Positions 36,275-44,795 of a stretch of DNA of 64,000 bases are shown one piece after another. Positions within the stretch are counted from its first letter, which is position 1; each line of letters opens with the position of its first letter. The translations under genes and the position numbers were made by a program. Under the pieces are notes generated by a model that was given only the letters and a program-made list of their open reading frames with translations, had not been told where the DNA came from and did not search any database. Source of the DNA: Acidimicrobiia bacterium (GTDB taxonomy: Bacteria; Actinomycetota; Acidimicrobiia; Spongiisociales; ZC4RG35); contig BPGJ01000008.1 in NCBI GenBank assembly GCA_026002975.1, positions 35,754-99,753 on the forward strand, read 5' to 3'.

Positions 36275-37540
36275 GTGATCGACCTGGCGATACTTCGAGA
36301 TAACCCGGAGATTCTCGAAAAGTCCCTGGCCCGGCGGGGTCTGACCGTCGACGTGGCCCGGCTGGCGGACCTCGACCGCCGGGTGAGGGAGACCCGGCAC
36401 CGAGCCGAGCAGGTCCGCGCCCGACAGAAGGAGCTGGGCAAGAGGATCGCCCGCTTGCAGGGGACCGAGAAGCAGGAAGCGATCGCCGAGGCGTCGGCCC
36501 TGGCCGAGGAGTTCAAACGGCTCAGCGCCGAAGCCGACCAACTGGAAACCGAATTCCAGGAGATCTGGGTGACCATCCCCAACCTGGTCGACGACACGGC
36601 CGCCGATGGGTTCACCGAGGCCGACAACCAGGAGATCAAACGGGTCGGGGATCCACCCCGGTTCGACTTCGAGCCCCGGGACCACGCCGAGCTGGGGACA
36701 CTGCTCGATGTGATCGACACCGACCGGGCTGCCAAGGTGTCGGGGAGCCGCTTCGGGTACCTGAAGGGAAAGGCGGCTCTGCTGGAGTTCGCCTTGGTGC
36801 GTTTCGCCATGGACCGTCTGGTGGAGGCCGGGTTCACCCCGATGGTGCCGCCCGTGTTGGTGAGGGAGTTCGCCCTGTTCGGGACCGGCTTCTTCCCCGG
36901 CGACAGGGAGCAGGTCTACGAGGTCCCGGCCGACGGGCTGTTCCTGGTGGGCACCTCCGAGGTGTCTCTCGCCGCCTACCACGCCGAGGAGATCCTCCCC
37001 GAGGAGGTGCTACCGATCCGGTATGCCGGGTTCTCCACCTGTTTCCGGAGGGAGGCCGGTACCTACGGCCGGGACACCACCGGGATCTTCCGGGTTCACC
37101 AGTTCGACAAGGTGGAGATGTTCGCTTTTACCCACCCCGACGCTTCCCGGGACGAGCACGAACGGCTCCTGTCGATCGAAGAGGACCTGGTCCAGACCCT
37201 CGAACTTCCCTACCGGGTGGTCAACGTCGCCGCGGGGGACCTGGGCGCGTCAGCCGCCAAGAAGTACGACATCGAGGTGTGGTTCCCGTCCCAGGAGACC
37301 TACCGGGAGCTCACCTCCTGTTCCAACACCACCGACTTCCAGGCCCGGCGGCTGCGGATCAGGTTCCGTGCGGGCCACGGCGGAACCGAGCTGGTCCACA
37401 CCCTGAACGGCACCGCGATCGCGGTCGGCAGGACGATCATCGCCATCCTGGAGAACCACCAGCGGGCTGACGGTTCGGTACGGATACCCGAGGCCCTAGT
37501 CCCCTACCTCGGGTTCGATCTGATCGAGCCGCCCAGATGA
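36275..37540 (+). CDS. serS: seryl-tRNA synthetase
   Basis: GTG 36275. The N-terminus VIDLAILRDNPE.. leads into a coiled-coil arm. Class-II motifs FSTCFRREAG and GTAIAVGRTIIAILENHQ are present. Confidence 0.9.
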   Translation: MIDLAILRDNPEILEKSLARRGLTVDVARLADLDRRVRETRHRAEQVRARQKELGKRIARLQGTEKQEAIAEASALAEEFKRLSAEADQLETEFQEIWVTIPNLVDDTAADGFTEADNQEIKRVGDPPRFDFEPRDHAELGTLLDVIDTDRAAKVSGSRFGYLKGKAALLEFALVRFAMDRLVEAGFTPMVPPVLVREFALFGTGFFPGDREQVYEVPADGLFLVGTSEVSLAAYHAEEILPEEVLPIRYAGFSTCFRREAGTYGRDTTGIFRVHQFDKVEMFAFTHPDASRDEHERLLSIEEDLVQTLELPYRVVNVAAGDLGASAAKKYDIEVWFPSQETYRELTSCSNTTDFQARRLRIRFRAGHGGTELVHTLNGTAIAVGRTIIAILENHQRADGSVRIPEALVPYLGFDLIEPPR

Positions 37541-38178
37541 GCACGGGTGAGGGGGTCCGGGTTTTCGCCCGGATCGCCCGCCGTTACGACCTGGTCAACC
37601 GGGTGCTGAGTCTCGGTCGGGAACAGGCCTGGCGGCGGGCGGTGGCCGAGCATCTTCCCGACGGGCGGATCCTCGATCTGGGAGCCGGAACCGGGGCGGC
37701 AGCAGGACTCCTCGGCGACCGCCTGGTAGCCCTCGACCCGCAGCCCGAGATGCTGGCTCTCTGCCGAGCGCCCGCCCGGGTGGTTGGGGTGGGCGAGGCG
37801 CTTCCCTTCGCCGACGCCAGCTTCGACGGGGTTTTCAGCGCCTTCGTGTTCCGCAACCTGGAGTCGGTCGACGCCACCCTCGAAGAGATCCGTCGGGTCC
37901 TCCGACCGGGCGGCCGAGCGGGAATCGTCGATTTGACCCGGCCGGCCCGACCCACCGCGGCGAGGATCCACCGATGGGGCACCGCGGTGGTGCTCCCCCT
38001 GGCGGGATTGGTGGTGGGGGGCGGAGCCGTAGGGGAGTACCGCTATCTGCACCGGTCCCTGGACGAGCTACCGCCGCCGGAGCGGATGTTCGAGTCGGCG
38101 CCGCTGCGTCTCGTCAGGCTGTGGCGGATGGGATGGATGGGTTTCGTCTACGGGGCGGTGCTGGAGAAGGCCGACTGA
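37537..38178 (+). CDS. class I SAM-dependent methyltransferase (UbiE/MenG-like)
   Basis: FARIARRYDLVNRVLSLGREQAWRR.. and the SAM motif ILDLGAGTG are present. The start overlaps the serS stop (ATGA). Confidence 0.75.
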   Translation: MSTGEGVRVFARIARRYDLVNRVLSLGREQAWRRAVAEHLPDGRILDLGAGTGAAAGLLGDRLVALDPQPEMLALCRAPARVVGVGEALPFADASFDGVFSAFVFRNLESVDATLEEIRRVLRPGGRAGIVDLTRPARPTAARIHRWGTAVVLPLAGLVVGGGAVGEYRYLHRSLDELPPPERMFESAPLRLVRLWRMGWMGFVYGAVLEKAD

Positions 38179-38346
38179 GCCGGACGCCCCTCCGGGGTGG
38201 ACGCTCCTCCCGCCGAGCGTGGCCGCCCACCCGGAACCGACCCGCTTAGGGCTGCTTCCTTCCGGACCTGACCCGGTTCACGGCGTCCCGCCGGGCGGGG
38301 CCCGACGAGAAGGAGACGCCCACCCCGCAGAGGCGTCGTAGGCAGC

Positions 38347-38517
38347 CTAACGGGACCGGAACCACCACCGGAACGGCCCGACTTTGACCGAGCCGAACCC
38401 GTCCCTCTTGCCGCGCTTCTTTCCGGTGATGGGCACCGAGATGCCGCTGCCTCTCTTCCAGATCGACAGCCGGACCCCGGTGCGACCCACCGTGAACGGG
38501 CCGATGCGGATCCGCAT
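38347..38517 (-). CDS. small DUF4236-like protein
   Basis: ATG 38517. MRIRIGPFTVGRTGVRLSIWKRGSGISVPI... resembles the DUF4236 N-terminal repeat. 56 aa. Confidence 0.4.
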   Translation of the reverse strand: MRIRIGPFTVGRTGVRLSIWKRGSGISVPITGKKRGKRDGFGSVKVGPFRWWFRSR

Positions 38518-38531
38518 GCTCGAGATGGTAT

Positions 38532-38981
38532 TCAGCGGCGCGTGCGGAAGAAGGAGGTGAGCAGCTCCGAGCAGCGGTCCTCCAACACACCGGCCACCAG
38601 GTCGCAGCGGTGGTTGAGACGGGCGTCCTGGGGAATGTTGTAGAGGCTCCAGCAGGCCCCGGCTTTCGGGTCGGCAGCCCCGTAGACGATACGGTCGATC
38701 CGGGCGGCCACCGCGGCGCCGGCGCACATGGCGCACGGCTCCAGGGTGACGACCAACGTGTGGCCGTCCAGCCGCCAGCTCCCCGCGAGGCGGGCCGCCC
38801 GGGAGAGCACCAGCATCTCGGCGTGGGCGGTGGGATCCGACAGCTCTTCTCGCCGATTGTGGTCGGCCGCCACCACCTGACCCGAGGCGTCCACCAGCAC
38901 CGCCCCCACCGGGACGTCGCCGTGCCCTGGCGCCTTGGCCGCCTCTCCGAGGGCCAGACCCATCAGATGCTCGAAGTCCAC
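38532..38981 (-). CDS. tadA: tRNA adenosine(34) deaminase
   Basis: The CDA zinc motifs HAEMLVL and PCAMCAGA are present. 149 aa. Confidence 0.9.
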   Translation of the reverse strand: MDFEHLMGLALGEAAKAPGHGDVPVGAVLVDASGQVVAADHNRREELSDPTAHAEMLVLSRAARLAGSWRLDGHTLVVTLEPCAMCAGAAVAARIDRIVYGAADPKAGACWSLYNIPQDARLNHRCDLVAGVLEDRCSELLTSFFRTRR

Positions 38982-39048
38982 GCTTTACCTTCCGGTCGTC
39001 GGCTCGGTACCCTCTAGGGGGCTCCCGGGGTTCTCCCGGGGGCGACCC

Positions 39049-39139
39049 GGAGGGATCGCATAGTCTGGTCTAGTGCGCGGCACTGGAAATGCCGTTGGGG
39101 GTTACCGCCCCCTCGAGGGTTCAAATCCCTCTCCCTCCG
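39049..39139 (+). tRNA. tRNA-Ser (anticodon GGA); genomically encoded CCA follows (39140-39142)
   Basis: GGAGGGATCGCATAGTCTGGTCTAGTGCGCGGCACTGGAAATGCCG...GAGGGTTCAAATCCCTCTCCCTCCG, with anticodon loop CTGGAAA and a long variable arm. Confidence 0.88.
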
Positions 39140-39169
39140 CCAGCACCGGCCACCGGGCCGGTGACCCCT

Positions 39170-39260
39170 GGAGGGGTCGCATAGTCTGGCCTAGTGCGCG
39201 GCACTCGAAATGCCGTAGGGGGTTACCGCCTCCTCGTGGGTTCGAATCCCACCCCCTCCG
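39170..39260 (+). tRNA. tRNA-Ser (anticodon CGA)
   Basis: GGAGGGGTCGCATAGTCTGGCCTAGTGCGCGGCACTCGAAATGCCG...GTGGGTTCGAATCCCACCCCCTCCG. It is a near-paralog of the preceding gene and shares its D-arm. Confidence 0.88.
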
Positions 39261-39302
39261 CTCCGGGCGCCGGGTACCGTTACCCGGCGCCCCTGTCGTT
39301 GT

Positions 39303-39389
39303 GGAGGGATGACCGAGCGGACGAAGGTGACGGTCTTGAAAACCGTTGGGCCCTGAAGGGCCCCGTGGGTTCGAATCCCACTCCCTCCG
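39303..39389 (+). tRNA. tRNA-Ser (anticodon UGA)
   Basis: GGAGGGATGACCGAGCGGACGAAGGTGACGGTCTTGAAAACCGTTGGGCCCTGAAGGGCCCCGTGGGTTCGAATCCCACTCCCTCCG. Confidence 0.9.
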
Positions 39390-39424
39390 CCGCCGGATCC
39401 GGTCGCCCTATCCTGCGCCTTCCA

Positions 39425-39515
<91 letters not shown>

Positions 39516-39538
39516 TCCCCGAGACCGGGAGGGGCCAA

Positions 39539-39916
39539 GTGAACGGACTGTTGTGGACGTTGCAGGTGCTGCTGGGTGCCTATTTCGTGGGGGTGGGGAT
39601 CTTCCACTTCACCCTCCCCGAAGGGCTTCCCGAGGCGATGTCGTGGATGTACGACCTGTCGCCCACGGTCCACGCATTGGCCGGGACCGCCGAGATACTG
39701 GGGGGCCTGGGGCTGGTGCTGCCGTCGGTCACCCGGATCAGACCGGAGCTGTCGGTGGCTGCGGCGGTGGGCCTCGGGGTGGTGATGGTGTTGGCGGCAG
39801 GCTGGCATCTCACCAGGGGGGAGTACCCCCAGATCCTGCTCAATCTGATCGACCTCGGGCTGCTCGCTTTCGTCGCCTACGGACGGGCCAGGCTGAGGCC
39901 GATCCCGGCCAGGTAG
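39539..39916 (+). CDS. DoxX-family membrane protein
   Basis: GTG 39539. The 125-aa protein has four hydrophobic helices and an N-terminus ..WTLQVLLGAYFVGVGIFHF.. typical of DoxX-like proteins. Confidence 0.65.
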   Translation: MNGLLWTLQVLLGAYFVGVGIFHFTLPEGLPEAMSWMYDLSPTVHALAGTAEILGGLGLVLPSVTRIRPELSVAAAVGLGVVMVLAAGWHLTRGEYPQILLNLIDLGLLAFVAYGRARLRPIPAR

Positions 39917-39920
39917 TCGA

Positions 39921-40334
39921 ATGGCGCCGCGGGAGCGTCCTCCGGGTTCGCTGCCCCGACCGGGACCGCTGGGAAGGCTCCTTCGGCTGGTACTCGCGGC
40001 GGTGGCCGGAGTCGGGGCGTTGGCGGGGGTGGAAGCGGTTCGTTCGGTGCCGCCGGGCACGCGACCACCCACGCTGCTTCTCGCCGGTGTCGCCCTGCTG
40101 GCCGGCTGGATGTTGCCCCATCTGACCGACATGGGGTTCGGCCGCAGATGGGGTAACCGGGTCCGAGTCGCTGCTGCGGTCCTCGCCGGGGTGTTGGCAG
40201 TGGTGGATCTGGTCGCCTTCGGGGAGTGGTGGGCCCCACCGTTGGCCTGGTACCTGGTGGTCTTGATCGTCGCCGTGTTCGGCTGGTTCGCCGTGTCGCT
40301 GGCCGTCGCCGGGGTTGCAGCGGTCCCGGGCTGA
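39921..40334 (+). CDS. hypothetical four-TM membrane protein
   Basis: The hydrophobic periodicity is consistent with four helices. No motif is recognised. Confidence 0.4.
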   Translation: MAPRERPPGSLPRPGPLGRLLRLVLAAVAGVGALAGVEAVRSVPPGTRPPTLLLAGVALLAGWMLPHLTDMGFGRRWGNRVRVAAAVLAGVLAVVDLVAFGEWWAPPLAWYLVVLIVAVFGWFAVSLAVAGVAAVPG

Positions 40335-40511
40335 GAGTGGGGCGCGGTGCCCCACGTGCTGGGGCGTCTCCGAAGGGCTCGCACCGACGAGTTCACCTGA
40401 CCGGCCGTCTGGTCCCCTCTGGACGAGTGGGAAGCCCGCAGGCGGCGCCACCGTGAGACGAACTGAGGTGGCGTAGTAACCTTGCTCTGGCCCACCACCC
40501 GGTGGTGTCGT

Positions 40512-40585
<74 letters not shown>

Positions 40586-40593
40586 CTGCTGAG

Positions 40594-40620
40594 ACCCCCG
40601 TGTCTTGCGGGGGTTTCTGT
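40594..40620 (+). terminator. intrinsic terminator after tRNA-Arg
   Basis: ACCCCCG-tgtcttg-CGGGGGT is followed by TTCTGT. Confidence 0.5.
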
Positions 40621-40986
40621 CATCTGCTGCCGAGGTTGATTCCGCGTGCGTGCTCGTTGGGCCGGGTGGTTTCGGGCTCCGGCGTCATCGAGTTGTCTGA
40701 TGAGAACCGGAGCCCCACGTTCGGTCGCCCGGCCGGCAAGGAGCTTTTGGCGGAAGGTGATGTGGCGACCAACTGGTATGTGCTGGTTCCGCGCGGTGAC
40801 GTGGGGTGAGGACCCTCGTCTCGGTCATGGTGACGATGCCACGGGTGGGCAGAGGGGGAGGGCTCGGTGGGCGAAGTTGCAGGCGTTGACGAATCCCTAG
40901 GCGACGCGCTTGAGGACCCCTAGTTTGGCGTGGGCGGCGCGTCCGATTGCGGTCGGTCGAGACCCTTCCTTCACGTCACTCCATGA

Positions 40987-41002
40987 GGTATGCTGGCATA
41001 CC
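40987..41002. promoter_or_regulatory. candidate VapB operator: GGTATGC-TG-GCATACC palindrome abutting the vapB start codon
   Basis: A perfect 7-bp inverted repeat ends 1 nt before ATG 41003. RHH antitoxins typically autoregulate through such palindromes. Confidence 0.45.
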
Positions 41003-41224
41003 ATGAAGCGAACCACGGTCAAGCTACCTGATGAACTGGACGCCAAGTTGCGCCACGAGGCTGAACGGCGGGGAATCACCATCTCGGAGCTGACCCGCGA
41101 AGCCATCGAGGCACACCTCGGCGGTCACCACCGTCGTCTTCGAGCTGCGGGCGCTGGCCGGAGCGGGCGTGACGACATCTCCGAGCGCATCGAGGAAATC
41201 CTCGCCGCCGAGGTGGTGCCATAG
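41003..41224 (+). CDS. vapB: ribbon-helix-helix (CopG/VapB-type) antitoxin
   Basis: MKRTTVKLPDELDAKLRHEAERRGITISELTREAIEAHL is a classic RHH N-terminus. 73 aa. Confidence 0.8.
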   Translation: MKRTTVKLPDELDAKLRHEAERRGITISELTREAIEAHLGGHHRRLRAAGAGRSGRDDISERIEEILAAEVVP

Positions 41225-41634
41225 CCCTCCTCGTCGACGCAGGGCCGCTGTATGCCTACGTCGATGCCGACGACCGCCACCACGCCGAGTCGCTCGAGCT
41301 ACTGCTGCACCATCCCGGTCCGTTGATCGTACCGATGCTGGTGATCACCGAGGTGGCCTATCTCATCGGGACACGGCTTGGAGTCGACGCTGAGGTTCGC
41401 TTCCTGGGTGATCTGGCGGCGGGCGAGTTCGCCATCGAAGCAGTTATGGCGAGTGACTGGCTCCGCATCGCCGAACTGGTGAGTCGGTATCGAGACCTGC
41501 CGCTGGGAACCATCGACGGGTCAGTTGTCGCGGCAGCCGAGCGACTACGAATCACCAAGATCGCCACGTTCGACGGCCGACACTTCTCCATCGTTCGCCC
41601 CAGCCACACCGACGCATTCGAACTCGTCCCTTGA
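41221..41634 (+). CDS. vapC: PIN-domain toxin (VapC-type); no canonical start codon covers the N-terminal catalytic Asp
   Basis: The frame reads IALLVDAGPLYAYVDADDRHHAES...VITEVAYLIG...GTIDGSVVAAAERL...IATFDGRHF. The first ATG, GTG or TTG in this frame is TTG 41323, downstream of the LVDAG motif. The frame is open from 41173. Confidence 0.65.
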   Translation: MALLVDAGPLYAYVDADDRHHAESLELLLHHPGPLIVPMLVITEVAYLIGTRLGVDAEVRFLGDLAAGEFAIEAVMASDWLRIAELVSRYRDLPLGTIDGSVVAAAERLRITKIATFDGRHFSIVRPSHTDAFELVP

Positions 41635-42072
41635 GATCTGCACCACGCCGATCACCAGATCGTCCCACTACCCGCCCACAGGGCGCCCGTTGCCGGCACG
41701 CCGCTGCGAGCGACGTTCCCAGCTCCGCGGACAGTGTGTCGAGCTGGACGGGGTCGGGTGAGGCGCGTCGTCCACCCTGCTGAGCGCATGCGCCGCGTGT
41801 CCGCGTGAGTGGGTTTGACCGGATGATCCTGAGATCGTGGCCTTCTCCCGGCGGAGCGCTGGGCCCGCGGCTAGGTCGCGGCCCACCCGGACACCTGCGG
41901 CGTCTCGGTCGTCCTCGGACTCGGAGCCTTCCCCGAAAGCAGCTTGGGACGCATTTGATCCGCGGGAGGACGAAAGAAGCGACCAGAAGCGATGAGACCT
42001 GTCGAGAGGCGAAAAACGTAGTGGCCACAAGGGATTTCGCCGAATCGCCGATGATGTCCGAACCCGGCCGCA

Positions 42073-42119
42073 CTGACTACGGATCAGAAGGCTAGGGGTT
42101 CGAGTCCTCCCGGGCGTGC
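42073..42119 (+). repeat. direct repeat of the 3-prime 47 nt of tRNA-Arg (att-like)
   Basis: CTGACTACGGATCAGAAGGCTAGGGGTTCGAGTCCTCCCGGGCGTGC matches 40540-40586 at 43 of 47 positions. Similarity begins in the anticodon stem and loop. Confidence 0.8.
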
Positions 42120-42187
42120 AGCCGAAGTCCGGGGCCGACCGGGTCAACCGTCAGGTATTGGAGCGGCTATTGGGTGGGATCTAGTAG

Positions 42188-42331
42188 CTCCAGGGTGTTG
42201 GGGTCGACGAGTCGGGTGCCTCCCCAACCCTCGACGACAAGGCCGTCGCAGCCTTTACCCACACGTACAACACAGAGTGGCTCATCAAACGACCCGGCCA
42301 CCCGACACCCAAAGACTCCTACACCGCCTGA
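42188..42331 (+). pseudogene. C-terminal remnant of an rve/DDE integrase-type transposase (IS3/IS481-like)
   Basis: The startless frame ..VDESGASPTLDDKAVAAFTHTYNTEWLIKRPGHPTPKDSYTA* resembles the ..YN.ER.H..LG..TP.. tail of rve transposases. No upstream body is present. Confidence 0.45.
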
Positions 42332-42347
42332 CAGCAGGAGGTGGGGC

Positions 42348-43603
42348 GGCGTCCCGCTGAGAGGTGGAAATAGGAGGGTGACTCTCAGCGCTCCCTGCCA
42401 GGTTACGCGGCGGGGAGTGCGGGTGTGTCTGGTGTGGTCACCTCCTTTGTGTTCTGGCCGATGAGTTTCATGGATCCTTCGGAGAGGTAGCGGCGGTCGC
42501 TGGTCTGCCAGTCGTCGTGGACTTCGATGAGCACTGCTCCGACGAGTCGGAGCACCGGGGTGTCGTCGGGGAAGATGCCGACCACGTTGGAGCGTCGTTT
42601 GATCTCTTTGTGGACTCGTTCTAGGGGGTTGGTGGAGGCGATCTTGCGCCAGTGGGCCTGGGGGAAGCTGGCGTAGGCGGTGACATCAGCCTCGGCTTCG
42701 GTCAAGAGCTCGGCGGCGGCCTGGTAGCGGACTTCGAGCATGCCCACCACTTGGCGCAGCTGGTCTCTGGTCGAGGCGGGGTCGGGTTGGGCGAAGACGG
42801 TGCGGACGGTGGCGGCGATCATCTCCTTGTGATGTTTGGGGACATGGGCCAGGAGGTTGCGCATGAGATGCACCTTGCATCTCTGCCAGGCTGCTCCTTG
42901 GAACACCCGGCTGATGGCGGCCTTGAGACCAGAGTGGGCATCGGAGATGACTAAGACCACCCCGGAGAGCCCCCGGTCTTTGACATAGGTGGCATCCAAG
43001 AACACGTAGGGGAAGGTGATGTGGTCCAGCGACCGGGTGCGGAACGCTTCCACCTGTTCATCGATTTCGGCACAGATCCGTGACACCGTCGACTTGGAGA
43101 CCCCGGTGTCACAGCCCAAGGCTCGGACCAGGTCGTCCACCTTGCGGGTCGAGGTGCCACAGATGTAGGCGGTCATGACCTGCGCCCACAACGCCTTATC
43201 CACCCGCCGTCGTGGCTCGAGGAGGGCCGGGAAGAAGCTGCCCACCCGCACCTTGGGGATCCTCAGCTCCACATCCCCCGCCGGAGTCGACAGCAGCCGG
43301 GACCGGCCACCATTGCGGTAGTTGGACCGGGACTCAGATCTCTGGTGGCGGTCAGCCCCGATCGCCGCAGTCAGCTCAGCGTCGATCAGATCCTGGAGAG
43401 CCTGTTCCAACAGCCGGCGGAACAACTCCTTGGTCCCCTCATCCCCCAGCCGTGCCAGCAGATCCGCATAAGTTGAGGCATCATCATGGTGGGCCATCGT
43501 GTGGTCTCCTCTCGAGTCCGTTGCTTGAACTCGCTGAGAGTCACACGGTGGCCCTACACGTCCAAGGACCCCCGCCCCAATTTCCACCACTTCACGGGAC
43601 GCC
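42348..43603 (-). mobile_element. IS256-family insertion sequence, internally deleted
   Basis: The terminal inverted repeats are GGCGTCCCGCTGAGAGGTGGAAATAGG (42348-42374) and the reverse complement of 43577-43603, GGCGTCCCGTGAAGTGGTGGAAATTGG, matching at 22 of 27 positions. A sub-terminal 13-bp perfect inverted repeat GTGACTCTCAGCG lies at 42378-42390 / 43542-43554. The flanking 8-mers differ (GGTGGGGC vs TACGGCCG), so there is no target-site duplication. Confidence 0.8.
42403..43507 (-). CDS. IS256-family (mutator-type) transposase lacking the segment between the first two catalytic motifs
   Basis: ATG 43507 follows GAGAGGAGA. ..YRNGGRSRLLSTPAGDVELRIPKVR.., FLDATYVK, VISDAHSGL, WQRCKVHLMRN and NPLERVHKEIKRR are present. 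FLDATYVK is joined directly to DRGLSGVVLVISDAH, whereas family members have roughly 55-60 residues between them. Confidence 0.85.
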
Positions 43604-44692
43604 TACGGCCGGATGGTGCCGCTGGATCGCCTCGCGAGCCCCGGCTAACGCGGCCTCGTCGTCGATGTGCTCCCCAGACTCCAGTTGCCACACGGCGAGT
43701 CGTAGAGGATCCACCGAGGCCCCCACCGCGAGGCAATCCTCGACCAGACGGCGATGAATCACGCGAATTCGACTGGTGGGGATCTGAGCTCGGAGGACCT
43801 CACCGTAGAGGGGATGAGCCGGTACGACCATGCCGGAGCCCTCTCCTGCTACTTCGATCAGGCCTCGCTCCTCCAGATCGGCGAGATCCGCACCGAGCAT
43901 GCGATCAGCGACATCGATCGGCAACGGCGCGCCCAGAGCTACGACCTCGAGGGAGTGCCGGAGGTGCTCCCCGAGGAGCCGGACCCTAGAGGCCAAGAGG
44001 TCGGCCAGCCGGGGAGAGTCGACGATCGACCCCGTCAGATCCCACTGTCGGGTCTCGTCCTGTGTAATCGACACACCCAGAGCGCCCTCTATGAGCTCGT
44101 GCAAGACGAGGGGGTTGCCCTGCGAGAGCCGCCAGAGTTCGCGGTGAAGGGTCTCGGTGACCGATCCGAGTCTCGCCTCGACCAGCAGTCTCGCCTCCTC
44201 TTCGGACAAACCGGTGAGGTCGACTCGCTCGATCTCTCCTTTGGCCCAGAGATCGACGAGATCCGGCGCCATCGGCTCTCCGGTGCGTGCCGTGAGCGCG
44301 ACGGTGGCCACCCGGGACGTGACGATCGAGGTGAGGAACGCCAACGAAGCCCTGTCGAGGAGAGGAGCGTCGTCGACGGCCACGATGACGCCTCTGGGGG
44401 CCGACCTGGTCGCCAACTGCTGGCGCGCCGCGTCGAGCATCGATAGCTCGTCAGGAGTCGGCCCGTCCGGCAGAAGATCGACGAAAGGGGCGAACTGAAT
44501 GGTTCGGGTCGACACCGTGGCCACCACGGGCACCACTTCCATTCGGGCGTCTCGAGCGCGGTTAGACAGTTCATGTAACAGCCTGCTCTTTCCTACGCCC
44601 GCCGGTCCGAGGATGGCAACACCCGTGCCGGCCTCCATCAGTCCGAACGCATGATCCAGAGCGGCCGCACGTCCAACCAGCGGCCATTCCAC
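43592..44692 (-). pseudogene. N-terminal part of a large ATP-binding LuxR-type (LAL/AAA_16) regulator, truncated by the IS256 end
   Basis: MEWPLVGRAAALDHAFGLMEAGTGVAILGPAGVGKSRLLHEL (Walker A) and ..VIVAVDDAPLLD.. are present. The reading frame runs into the IS right inverted repeat at 43603 and stops at 43592. No TPR or HTH C-terminal domains are present. Confidence 0.7.
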
Positions 44693-44795
44693 ACCATCAC
44701 CGTAGACGAACCCCTATGGGCAGCGCTGGTCTCGACGCACTCGCTAAACTTTCTGCAAGCAGTTTGCAGGAAGCTGGGCAGGAGGTCGGATCGAG

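Noticed and set aside
39049-39260. The two tRNAs with the unusual D-arm as tRNA-Sec or suppressor tRNAs.
   Set aside because: The anticodons are GGA and CGA, not UCA. The acceptor stem is 7 bp and the D-stem 3 bp, as in class-II tRNA-Ser. No selA/selB/selD genes are in view.
40600-40809. 69-aa ORF, with an overlapping 84-aa ORF, just downstream of tRNA-Arg as a possible integrase or excisionase remnant.
   Set aside because: No tyrosine-recombinase or Xis motifs appear in any of the six frames. The composition looks non-coding. I kept it only as unassigned DNA inside the att-bounded islet.
42174-42464. 96-aa ORF-track protein (MGSSSSRVLG...).
   Set aside because: It is Ser/Pro/Thr/Arg-rich nonsense. 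A different frame of the same DNA carries the recognisable rve transposase tail, and the 3-prime part overlaps the IS256 left end.
44693-44795. Cobalamin riboswitch or NikR box upstream of cbiM.
   Set aside because: The spacer is only about 100 nt, whereas B12 riboswitches need about 200 nt. No B12-box-like consensus is visible. Only a short 6-bp palindrome is present, which is too weak to call.
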